From positions 1 through 37,355 of IMG/VR virus record IMGVR_UViG_3300037991_004413: 37,355 bases of DNA; one strand, written 5' to 3'. The notes beneath the pieces are model-generated. The model worked only from the letters and a program-made list of their open reading frames with translations. It was not told where the DNA came from and searched no databases. The DNA comes from a virus. Lineage: Duplodnaviria; Caudoviricetes. A program made the position numbers and the translations under genes. This document shows, piece by piece, positions 8,099 through 15,890 of this stretch (position 1 is the stretch's first letter; every line of letters starts with the position of its first letter).

Positions 8099-8385
8099 TG
8101 GCTAGAGGCGGATTAGGCAAGTGGTTTGGAGAAAGATGGGTAGATATCTCTAGACCGAAGAAAGGCGGAGGCTACAAATCTTGTGGCAGAAGAAAAGCAG
8201 GAAAAGGTGGATATCCAAAATGTGTTCCTGCTGCAAAAGCTGCAAGAATGAGCAAGAAACAAATTAAATCAGCTGTTCGTAGAAAACGAGCAAAGAAACA
8301 AGGTGTAGGCGGGAGACCGACTAATGTAAAAACCTTTGTTAGAAGAAGGAGAAGAAATGGCCGTGCGAAGAAAAACTCGAGGTAG
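8098..8385 (+). CDS. Highly basic protein (possibly DUF5872-like C-terminal half)
   Basis: GLGKWFGERWVDI...CGR...YPKCVP...KSAVRRKR. Confidence 0.8.
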   Translation: MARGGLGKWFGERWVDISRPKKGGGYKSCGRRKAGKGGYPKCVPAAKAARMSKKQIKSAVRRKRAKKQGVGGRPTNVKTFVRRRRRNGRAKKNSR

Positions 8386-8668
8386 AAAAAGAGACCCACG
8401 ATTAAAAAGAGCTGGAGTTTCTGGATATAATAAACCAAAAAGAACTCCAAAGCACAGAACTAAATCTCACATAGTTGTTGCAAAGGTAGGAAATAGAATA
8501 AAAACTATTCGATTTGGACAACAAGGAGCAAAGACTGCTGGTAAACCAAAGAAAGGTGAATCAGAGAGAATGAAAAAGAAAAGAGCTTCATTCAAAGCAA
8601 GACACAGAAAGAATATAGCGAAAGGCAAAATGTCTGCAGCTTACTGGGCAAATAGAGTAAAATGGTAA
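8357..8668 (+). CDS. Highly basic protein (possibly DUF6321/DUF5754-like)
   Basis: Start moved to ATG 8357 (AGGAGA at 8347); KTIRFGQQG...SFKARH...SAAYWANRVKW. Confidence 0.8.
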   Translation: MAVRRKTRGRKRDPRLKRAGVSGYNKPKRTPKHRTKSHIVVAKVGNRIKTIRFGQQGAKTAGKPKKGESERMKKKRASFKARHRKNIAKGKMSAAYWANRVKW

Positions 8669-9090
8669 GATTATTACTATTATTTTTATCTTTTCCAGTC
8701 TTTGCTGACTTAGACTTGACTCTCCCACAAGAGTTTGATTATGAACAAATGAAAAGAGATTCAAGAATGATAAAAGATTGGGAAGATAGAAATAATCTTA
8801 GATTTTGGGATAATGAACCTTATCCTTCTAAAGAGCAGATAAGATATTCTTGGAGAATACATGCTCTTGATATGATTACTACTATATATGCTTTAGAGAA
8901 TAGAGATACTATAAAAGAAGCAAACTGGGTACTCGGAGAAGAACCTGAAATGCATGAAGTAGTAGCATTAAAATTGTTAGTGCTACCTTTTTTACATCAA
9001 AATTCAAATGAGCATATGATGGTATATTTTAACGCAGTAACTACAGCTACTGTTATAAATAATTTATATGTAATAAATAAATATGATTAG
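8662..9090 (+). CDS. Exported or membrane hypothetical protein
   Basis: Signal peptide MVRLLLLFLSFPVFA; overlaps both neighbours. Confidence 0.7.
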   Translation: MVRLLLLFLSFPVFADLDLTLPQEFDYEQMKRDSRMIKDWEDRNNLRFWDNEPYPSKEQIRYSWRIHALDMITTIYALENRDTIKEANWVLGEEPEMHEVVALKLLVLPFLHQNSNEHMMVYFNAVTTATVINNLYVINKYD

Positions 9091-10864
9091 ACTACTAATA
9101 GCAATACTTAGTATCGGACTTTTTGTCTGGAACCCTTATCCTTTCAAAATACTAGAACTTCAAACATTCGATTGGCTTATGAAAACACAGCCCGAAGTTC
9201 AAAATCAAAATATAGTACTCGTCGATCTTGACGAGGAAATCGTAGAGGCATATGGAGGATATCCATTACCTCGCACACTTTACTCAGATATGATGGATAG
9301 AGTCTCGGGTGTACCGGGATTCACTATCCTCATGCCTGACCCAGACATAAGAGATAAAGAAAATGATTTATATCTGTCAAGAAGTATGGCAGATAAACCA
9401 ACTGTGTTAGCTTTTGCAGCTTCAACACAAGCAGATGAGCTTGGACCTCATGTAGGTAGTGCTCAAATAGGAGGTGATCCATCAGAATGGCTATTACAGT
9501 ATCCAGGAATTTTAAGACAAACACCAATATTATCCATCAGCGCAGAAGGCAAAGGTGTAGTAAATTCAAGAAGCGAAATAGACGGAATCGTAAGGCGCGC
9601 TCCGGTCGTCGTAAGTAGTGCAGGAAAAGTATTTCCTAGTTTTGGGCTTGAAATGTTAAGACTAGCAACAGGAGATAAAAGCTACCAAATAAAAACTGGA
9701 GAGTACGGAGTAGAGTGGGTAAGAATACCAGCATATGGTAAGATGAGTACTGATGCAAATGGAAATATTTGGATTAGCACTAATGTAAAATTTTACAGAC
9801 AATCTGCGTCAGAGTTTATGGAGAATCCAATACAGGCACCTTTTGTAATTTTTGGTGTAACTGCAGAAGGAGTATCAAACCCAGTTCCTACGGCTTCTGG
9901 ACCAAAATATCCACATGAAATACAAGCAAACATATTACACAATTTAATAGAAGGAAAAGCGCCTTCAGTTCCAAACTGGAGTGCTGGAGCAGAGCTAGGA
10001 GCTGCAGTTCTAGCTTTGCTACTTTTATTCCTAACTGCAAGTAGAGTATATTTAAGTTTTCCTACTTTAGCACTAGTATTAGGAGGTTCGGTCTACGGCG
10101 CCTGGTATGCGTTTCAATCTTCCTATTTGTTTGACGTTTCTGGTATCGTAATTATCTCCATACTTTTTTGGAGTATCGAAAGTTTCAGGAATTTTATGAA
10201 GACCTATTTCGAGAAAATGGAAATTAAACGACAATTTGGGACGTATGTTAGTCCTGCCTTGGTTAAAAAATTACAAAATGACCCATCATTACTGAGATTG
10301 GGTGGGGAGACAAAACGACTAACATTTCTTTTTTCTGATATTCGAGGATTCACACCAATTTCAGAAAAATATCAAAAAAATCCTCAAGGACTCACAGAAC
10401 TTATTAATAGATTCCTTGACAATCAAACACAAATTATATTAAAACATGGTGGTACAATCGATAAATATATGGGAGATTGTATCATGGCATTTTGGGGAGC
10501 ACCACTTGATGATGAGAACCAGGTGGAGAATGCAACCAAGGCGGTTCTTGAGATGAGAGAATCGTTGGAGGAACTTAATGAAAGACTCAGAGAAGAAGGC
10601 CTGGATCAAATTAATACAGGAGCGGGAATCAACACCGGTCTCTGCGTGGTGGGAAACTTCGGTAGCTCGAATAGGTTTGACTATAGTGTTCTTGGTGATA
10701 GCGTTAATCTTGCAGCAAGGTTAGAATCTAGTTGCAAAGAGTATGATACTAGTCTTATCATATCTGAATACAGTATGATTGACGGATACGACTACAAATT
10801 CTTAGATGAAGTTACGGTCAAGGGCAAATCAGAACCAGTTAAAATCTACACCATTGAAAAATAG
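9083..10864 (+). CDS. CHASE2-domain class III adenylate cyclase
   Basis: N-terminal TM; CHASE2 motifs (IVLVDLDEE, YPLPR, DGIVRR.P, PSFGLE, EIQANIL); 3 TM; cyclase motifs LFSDIRGFT, DKYMGDCIMAFWGAP, GINTG, FDYSVLGDSVNLAARLE, VKGK. Confidence 0.95.
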   Translation: MIRLLIAILSIGLFVWNPYPFKILELQTFDWLMKTQPEVQNQNIVLVDLDEEIVEAYGGYPLPRTLYSDMMDRVSGVPGFTILMPDPDIRDKENDLYLSRSMADKPTVLAFAASTQADELGPHVGSAQIGGDPSEWLLQYPGILRQTPILSISAEGKGVVNSRSEIDGIVRRAPVVVSSAGKVFPSFGLEMLRLATGDKSYQIKTGEYGVEWVRIPAYGKMSTDANGNIWISTNVKFYRQSASEFMENPIQAPFVIFGVTAEGVSNPVPTASGPKYPHEIQANILHNLIEGKAPSVPNWSAGAELGAAVLALLLLFLTASRVYLSFPTLALVLGGSVYGAWYAFQSSYLFDVSGIVIISILFWSIESFRNFMKTYFEKMEIKRQFGTYVSPALVKKLQNDPSLLRLGGETKRLTFLFSDIRGFTPISEKYQKNPQGLTELINRFLDNQTQIILKHGGTIDKYMGDCIMAFWGAPLDDENQVENATKAVLEMRESLEELNERLREEGLDQINTGAGINTGLCVVGNFGSSNRFDYSVLGDSVNLAARLESSCKEYDTSLIISEYSMIDGYDYKFLDEVTVKGKSEPVKIYTIEK

Positions 10865-10867
10865 TAC

Positions 10868-10896
10868 TTGACTTTTGAGCATAGTTTTGATATAAT
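10868..10896 (+). promoter_or_regulatory. Sigma70 promoter P3
   Basis: TTGACT(10868-10873), 17 bp, TATAAT(10891-10896), right after the cyclase stop. Confidence 0.85.
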
Positions 10897-10946
10897 TACA
10901 CCATAACGAAAATAAAATTTTCAAGAATCAACAAGGAAAAACCGAA

Positions 10947-11171
10947 GTGGACAAAGATGTACAGAAAAACACGGCAGATATCGCAGACCTAGACAAAAGA
11001 ATGTCTAGTCATGAAGCCATGTGTGAGGAAAGATGGAAGACTTGTTTTAACCGCTTCGATAACATGGATTCCTCAGTAGGCAGATTAGAGTCAATTTTAA
11101 TAGCAGCGTCAGGAAGCTTAATAGTGGGTGGAGCAGTATTAATATTGACAATGTGGAACATTCATGTATAG
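10947..11171 (+). CDS. Coiled-coil protein with C-terminal TM (XhlA/holin-like architecture)
   Basis: HEAMCEERW coiled coil, then LIAASGSLIVGGAVLILTMW; AAGGA RBS. Confidence 0.65.
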   Translation: MDKDVQKNTADIADLDKRMSSHEAMCEERWKTCFNRFDNMDSSVGRLESILIAASGSLIVGGAVLILTMWNIHV

Positions 11172-11180
11172 GAGAAAACA

Positions 11181-11357
11181 ATGGAACTAGAATACGATAA
11201 AAAAGATATAAAGAAAACACCAAAAGTAAAAAAAGTAGTAAAGAAGGAAGGTGTGTATAAAGAAGGAGACGTATGGTGTTTCGACTCAGGAAAACATCAC
11301 TACTGTTTTACTACTAAAGAAAATGCGGAGATTGCTTATGACAGAGAAGTTGGATAA
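11181..11357 (+). CDS. 58-aa hypothetical protein (not in ORF track)
   Basis: AGGAGA RBS at 11170; MELEYDKKDIKKTPKVKKVVKKEGVYKEGDVWCFDSGKHHYCFTTKENAEIAYDREVG. Confidence 0.7.
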   Translation: MELEYDKKDIKKTPKVKKVVKKEGVYKEGDVWCFDSGKHHYCFTTKENAEIAYDREVG

Positions 11358-11541
11358 AAAAGAGTTTGTCTCAGGATATGATACTATGCCTGATGTAGAG
11401 GATTTAGAAAAAATAGTAGATAAAGAACTTGAGAAATTAGAAGAAAATCCCGCAGTACCAAACAGACAAAAACTAATGCTTGCAAAGAAAAAGAGATTAC
11501 TAAGACAGAGGAGACAAGTTATTCCACGTTCTCTTAGATGA
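11338..11541 (+). CDS. Hypothetical protein, acidic N-half and basic C-half
   Basis: Start moved to ATG 11338 (GCGGAG upstream); MTEKLDKKEF...RQRRQVIPRSLR. Confidence 0.65.
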   Translation: MTEKLDKKEFVSGYDTMPDVEDLEKIVDKELEKLEENPAVPNRQKLMLAKKKRLLRQRRQVIPRSLR

Positions 11542-11681
11542 ACTCAGAAGAAAGATATGACACTTGCAAAAAGTGTCCACACTTTAATAAAACATGGAAA
11601 ATTTGCAAGTTATGTAAATGTTTTATGCCCCTCAAAGTAAAAATTAAGAGGGTCAAGTGTCCTGATGGACGATGGAGATAG
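11538..11681 (+). CDS. 47-aa Cys-rich metal-binding protein (possibly DUF6171-like; not in ORF track)
   Basis: ATGA overlap; RYDTCKKCPHF...ICKLCKCFMPLKVK...CPDGRW. Confidence 0.75.
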   Translation: MNSEERYDTCKKCPHFNKTWKICKLCKCFMPLKVKIKRVKCPDGRWR

Positions 11682-11683
11682 AA

Positions 11684-11779
11684 ATGCCATACCACTACAA
11701 ACCTAAAAAAGGTAAAAAGAAAAAAAGAAAAAACGGAATGAAAAAGAGAAGAGGCAAAAAAGGTCACCACTCTTGTTAA
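11684..11779 (+). CDS. 31-aa Lys/Arg-rich peptide (not in ORF track)
   Basis: GGAGA RBS at 11674; MPYHYKPKKGKKKKRKNGMKKRRGKKGHHSC. Confidence 0.6.
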   Translation: MPYHYKPKKGKKKKRKNGMKKRRGKKGHHSC

Positions 11780-11799
11780 TTCTACAATAGAGGAGAATC

Positions 11800-11928
11800 A
11801 TGATAGATTTTATCAAAGTTAAATTAATCCAGTTTTGGAATATCCTTAGTGGTAAAGACAAGAACTGGGACGGTCAAGTCGACATAAAAGACAAAATGAT
11901 AGAAGCTGAACAAAAAGTAAGCGACTAG
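11800..11928 (+). CDS. 42-aa peptide with EF-hand-like loop (not in ORF track)
   Basis: GAGGAGA RBS; contains DKNWDGQVDIKD. Confidence 0.7.
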   Translation: MIDFIKVKLIQFWNILSGKDKNWDGQVDIKDKMIEAEQKVSD

Positions 11929-11942
11929 AAAAATTTTTAGTT

Positions 11943-12143
11943 ATGGAAAGAGAAGGTTTTATAACGAATCTGAAAAAGCTCTCACGACTTTTAGATGGAG
12001 TCACTGATAGGACTCACACTTACATACAAGAGAACAGAAAAGTCAGAAAACTAATAAACCTTCGTCCTACCATACATAATAAAACTCGATTAAAAAATGA
12101 AATCGAAAAAGCAACGCACTACAATAAAGTGCAAGAAAATTAG
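11943..12143 (+). CDS. Hypothetical protein
   Basis: 66 aa ORF filling the gap in a + strand run; weak RBS. Confidence 0.5.
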   Translation: MEREGFITNLKKLSRLLDGVTDRTHTYIQENRKVRKLINLRPTIHNKTRLKNEIEKATHYNKVQEN

Positions 12144-12151
12144 GAGAAATA

Positions 12152-12415
12152 ATGAGATTTAGAGTCGAAGGAGCATCAGCTGCAGCAGGTACCAGTGTTG
12201 GAGCCGCAAGCACAGTTTCAGATGCAACAGAAGTACTAGCTGTAAACACTGCAGCGGGAGCACATTTAGTCACTATAGCAAATAGTGGAGACGCAACACT
12301 TGGTTCTTTCAACTTACCAGGAGGAGATTCCGTGATAGTTGTAAAAGGTTCAAGCGATCAAGTATTTGCTGCAAACGTAGCGGTTACACTAACTCCCATA
12401 AACACAAGGGTTTAA
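12152..12415 (+). CDS. Small Ala/Ser/Val-rich beta protein, possible virion structural or decoration protein
   Basis: TAGGAGA RBS; ATEVLAVNT...VTIAN...GSFNLP...VVKG..DQVFA. Confidence 0.6.
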   Translation: MRFRVEGASAAAGTSVGAASTVSDATEVLAVNTAAGAHLVTIANSGDATLGSFNLPGGDSVIVVKGSSDQVFAANVAVTLTPINTRV

Positions 12416-12423
12416 AAATTAAA

Positions 12424-12660
12424 ATGCTAAAAAATCAAATTGACTTAAGACTAGTATGGCTCGATGAAGCAGCTATAACCAGTGGTAAAGTTGTGGATAA
12501 AATTTCAGCAAAAGAAGTTCTCGGGCAAAAGCTAACACCTGTAGAAACTGAGTACGCCAAAGTTTGTGGTGCGTACCTCTATCTTCTAAAGTTAGCTAAA
12601 GATAGCAATTTGCTAGTGGAAAAAGACGAAGTACTAACTAGATACGAGACAATACATTGA
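12424..12660 (+). CDS. Hypothetical protein upstream of terL
   Basis: 78 aa; stop overlaps the terL TTG start. Confidence 0.65.
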   Translation: MLKNQIDLRLVWLDEAAITSGKVVDKISAKEVLGQKLTPVETEYAKVCGAYLYLLKLAKDSNLLVEKDEVLTRYETIH

Positions 12661-13958
12661 TTGAAGTAAGTAGAAAAGATGTAGAGTCCAGTTACCTAAT
12701 GAACTTCGATTCAGAAGATAGATTCATTAAACTTCCTATAAATGGCTATATGGACTTGTTAGGTATTCAACCTAATTCTAGTCAATCAGCTATAATTAAT
12801 GCTATCAACAATCCAAAGTATAGATTTGTTTGTGCCGCTATCGCTAGAAGGCAAGGCAAAACCTATATATCAAATATAATAGGACAGTTAGTGTGTCTAG
12901 TACCTAACAGTCATGTTCTATTAATGTCACCAAATTATTCTTTATCACAAATATCATTTGACTTACAAAGAAATCTTATTAAGCACTTTGATTTAGAAGT
13001 GATAAGAGATAATGCAAAAGATAAAGTAATAGAACTAAGTAATAACTCTACTATAAGAATGGGATCAATCAATCAAGTTGATTCAGTAGTTGGTAGAAGT
13101 TATGATTTAATAATTTTTGACGAAGCGGCGTTGACAGACGGCCGAGATGCCTTCAATGTCGCGCTTCGTCCTACACTAGACAAAGACAACTCAAAAGCAA
13201 TATTTATTTCTACGCCTCGTGGCAGAAATAATTATTTTGCAGAGTTTTACTACAGAGGATATAATAATGAATTTCCAGAGTGGGCAAGTATAAAAGCAAC
13301 TTGGCATGAAAATCCTCGTGTATCTGAAGAAGATATTTCAGAAGCTAAAAAGACGATGTCGGAGAATGAGTTTGCTCAAGAGTATTTGGCAGACTTTAAT
13401 GTTTACGAGGGTCAGATATGGGCGTTCAATTATGAACGTTGTGTCGCTGATCTTAGTCAGTTTGATACTAGTAAGATGGACGTATTTGCTGGTCTCGATG
13501 TGGGTTACAAAGATCCTACAGCATTTTGTGTTATAGCATATGATTGGGACGAGCAAAAGTTTTATTTAGTTGATGAATATCTAGATTCAGAAAGAACAAC
13601 AGAACAACACGCAGTAGAAATAAATAAATTAATTAAAAAATGGGATATAGATTTTATCTATATAGATTCTGCTGCACAGCAAACTCGATTTGATTTTGCA
13701 CAAAATTATGATATAACAACCATAAATGCTAAGAAGTCAGTATTAGATGGTATTGGTCATGTAGCAGGTATAGTCGACAATGATAATCTTATAGTAGATC
13801 AACAATGTCAACAGGCTATATCTTGTTTAGACCAATATCAGTGGGACCCAAACCCTAATCTGATGAAAGAGAGACCGAAACATGATGGAGCATCGCACAT
13901 GGCAGATGCTATAAGATATGCACTATATACATTCGAAACTACAGCCACCTCGTTCTAA
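12657..13958 (+). CDS. terL: Terminase large subunit, T5-like
   Basis: Walker A ARRQGKT, Walker B LIIFDE, FISTPRG, QEYLADF, nuclease GLDVGYKDPTA and HMADAIRYA. Confidence 0.95.
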   Translation: MIEVSRKDVESSYLMNFDSEDRFIKLPINGYMDLLGIQPNSSQSAIINAINNPKYRFVCAAIARRQGKTYISNIIGQLVCLVPNSHVLLMSPNYSLSQISFDLQRNLIKHFDLEVIRDNAKDKVIELSNNSTIRMGSINQVDSVVGRSYDLIIFDEAALTDGRDAFNVALRPTLDKDNSKAIFISTPRGRNNYFAEFYYRGYNNEFPEWASIKATWHENPRVSEEDISEAKKTMSENEFAQEYLADFNVYEGQIWAFNYERCVADLSQFDTSKMDVFAGLDVGYKDPTAFCVIAYDWDEQKFYLVDEYLDSERTTEQHAVEINKLIKKWDIDFIYIDSAAQQTRFDFAQNYDITTINAKKSVLDGIGHVAGIVDNDNLIVDQQCQQAISCLDQYQWDPNPNLMKERPKHDGASHMADAIRYALYTFETTATSF

Positions 13959-13968
13959 CAATACCTGT

Positions 13969-14009
13969 CAAAAATATATCTTGACATTTGGTGTAGAATT
14001 AGGTATAAT
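13969..14009 (+). promoter_or_regulatory. Consensus sigma70 promoter P4 (head operon)
   Basis: CAAAAATATATC-TTGACA(13981-13986), 17 bp, TATAAT(14004-14009). Confidence 0.9.
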
Positions 14010-14027
14010 TCATATTAAGAGTTAGAT

Positions 14028-14402
14028 ATGAAATTTAAGAGAGATTTAGTTAAATACGTACGAGACAAGGCTAAATCACAATATAAGAAAGGAAGCGAAT
14101 GTTTTATTTGCGGCAAAACTGACGAATTAGATTTTCATCACTTTTACGGATTGACCGAATTGCTAGAGACTTGGCTACGCACTAAGAATATAACAATTGA
14201 AAATGAACAAGATATCCTAGATATTCGTGAACAATTCATTGATGAAAACCGTGAAAAAGTGTACACTAAGACGGTGACCCTCTGCCATCAGCACCATTTA
14301 CGACTTCACTCAATTTATGGTAAGCGACCCAAATTGATACACGCAGAGAAACAACAACGATGGGTCGAGAAAATGAGAAAGAAACACAATGGCATGGTAT
14401 GA
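14028..14402 (+). CDS. HNH nicking endonuclease (T5-type, between terL and portal)
   Basis: CFICG..ELDFHH...VTLCHQHHLRLHSIYG; position matches T5. Confidence 0.85.
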   Translation: MKFKRDLVKYVRDKAKSQYKKGSECFICGKTDELDFHHFYGLTELLETWLRTKNITIENEQDILDIREQFIDENREKVYTKTVTLCHQHHLRLHSIYGKRPKLIHAEKQQRWVEKMRKKHNGMV

Positions 14403-15600
14403 CAGATTTTTAGGTATTAACAGAGAAGAGAAGCTAAACCCTTCTCAGTTTGTTATTGCCCGTAACGAAGGCTCTGATATAAGCAGTCGTGAAGTAATAC
14501 ATAATTACAGAAACGCTTATGAGCAACTCGAAGTTGTAAATAGAGCTGTTAATATGATTGTAGACGATGTTTCCGAAATACCATTTACGGTAGGAGAGAA
14601 AAGAACTGGTACTACAGATATAGTAAAAAATATAAGAAAAAGTAGAGTAGATTTATTACTTAATACTGAACCAAATCCATTTCAAGATGTAAGTACATTT
14701 AAAAGAAATCTGATAATTGACTTACTAATTGATGGTAATATATTTATATATTTCGATGGTGCACATTTGTATCATCTACCAGCAGAAAAAGTTACAATAC
14801 ATACAGACGATAGAACATATATAGAAAAATACTCTTTTGATAGTAATATTGATTACAATATAAATGAAATTATACATATCAAAGAAAATAGTTTTAATTC
14901 TATATATCGTGGAGTTCCAAGACTAAAACCAGCATTTAGAACAATGCAACTTCTTGGAAGTATGAGAAAGTTTCAAGATAACTTTTTTAAGAACGGAGCA
15001 GTCCCAGGACTAGTAATTAAAAGTCCTAACACTCTTTCAGAAAAGATTAAGGAAAGAATGTTACAGGCTTGGAGTGCTAGATATAATCCAAATACAGGAG
15101 GTCGAAGACCTCTTATCCTAGATGGAGGATTAGAAGTAACAGGACTGACAGAAGTTAATTTTAAAGAATTAGATTTTCAAGATTCTATAAAAGCAAATGA
15201 AAAAGTAATTTTAGAATCTATTGGCATACCACCAATTCTAATGGATAGTGGAAATAATGCTAATATAAGACCAAACCATAGACTATATTATTTAGAAACT
15301 ATACTACCTATAGTAAGAAAAATATCCTATGCGTTTGAAAGATTTTTTGGGTTTACTCTTGCTGAAGATGTAACAGGAATTCCTGCTTTACAACCAGAAC
15401 TAAGAGATCAAGCGGCATACTATGCTACACTTGTAAATACAGGAATTATGAGTGCAAACGAAGCTAGAGAGGCGCTTGGTAAAGAACCTATAGAAGGATT
15501 TGATGAACCAAGAGTTCCTGTAAATTTAGCAGGTTCGTCAACAAATCCAGAGGAGGGAGGACGACCTTCAGAAAGTCCTTCTATTGAAGAGGATAATTAA
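14389..15600 (+). CDS. Portal protein (HK97/T5-type)
   Basis: PNPFQ, LLIDGNIFI, EIIHIK, FFKNGAVPG, ILDGGL, GIPPIL, GIMSANEARE. Confidence 0.95.
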   Translation: MAWYDRFLGINREEKLNPSQFVIARNEGSDISSREVIHNYRNAYEQLEVVNRAVNMIVDDVSEIPFTVGEKRTGTTDIVKNIRKSRVDLLLNTEPNPFQDVSTFKRNLIIDLLIDGNIFIYFDGAHLYHLPAEKVTIHTDDRTYIEKYSFDSNIDYNINEIIHIKENSFNSIYRGVPRLKPAFRTMQLLGSMRKFQDNFFKNGAVPGLVIKSPNTLSEKIKERMLQAWSARYNPNTGGRRPLILDGGLEVTGLTEVNFKELDFQDSIKANEKVILESIGIPPILMDSGNNANIRPNHRLYYLETILPIVRKISYAFERFFGFTLAEDVTGIPALQPELRDQAAYYATLVNTGIMSANEAREALGKEPIEGFDEPRVPVNLAGSSTNPEEGGRPSESPSIEEDN

Positions 15601-15602
15601 AA

Positions 15603-15890
15603 ATGACTAAAAACATGATGTTAAAAGCTTTGCAAGATTTTTTCGTAGAGAAAAAAGTTGATACTATGTCTCTTGCAGAGTACAAAGGTTATGGTAGTGA
15701 GGTTCCTGTTAAGGATTATATGCTTAGAAGAGCATATGGTTCTTGGAGTAGAGTCTTATCCGTAGCAAAACACAGACATCCGATTGAAGTTCCTGTTGTC
15801 GAGGCTCCTGTTGTTGAGGAAAAGGTTGTTAAAAAAACACCTGCTCCAAAACCAAAGGCTAAGAAAGAGGTAAGTAAAGATGTCGAATAA
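15603..15890 (+). CDS. Hypothetical protein with RRAYGSW motif and Lys/Pro-rich tail
   Basis: Occupies the slot between portal and protease; GAGGA RBS. Confidence 0.65.
   Translation: MTKNMMLKALQDFFVEKKVDTMSLAEYKGYGSEVPVKDYMLRRAYGSWSRVLSVAKHRHPIEVPVVEAPVVEEKVVKKTPAPKPKAKKEVSKDVE

Noticed and set aside
9083-10864. Cyclase as a Pycsar or CBASS-type defence enzyme
   Set aside because: It has CHASE2-TM sensor architecture and adenine-specific residues, and no adjacent TIR or TM-cNMP effector is visible.
3625-10864. Host chromosomal DNA or prophage boundary
   Set aside because: The segment is flanked by terS and terL, interleaved with phage-type small genes and driven by the same promoter motif; no integrase or att-like repeats were seen.
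8336-11337. Track starts at 8336 and 11251 (and 3378)
   Set aside because: Downstream ATGs (8357, 11338, 3396) have better RBS or coupling, and the extensions overlap other genes.
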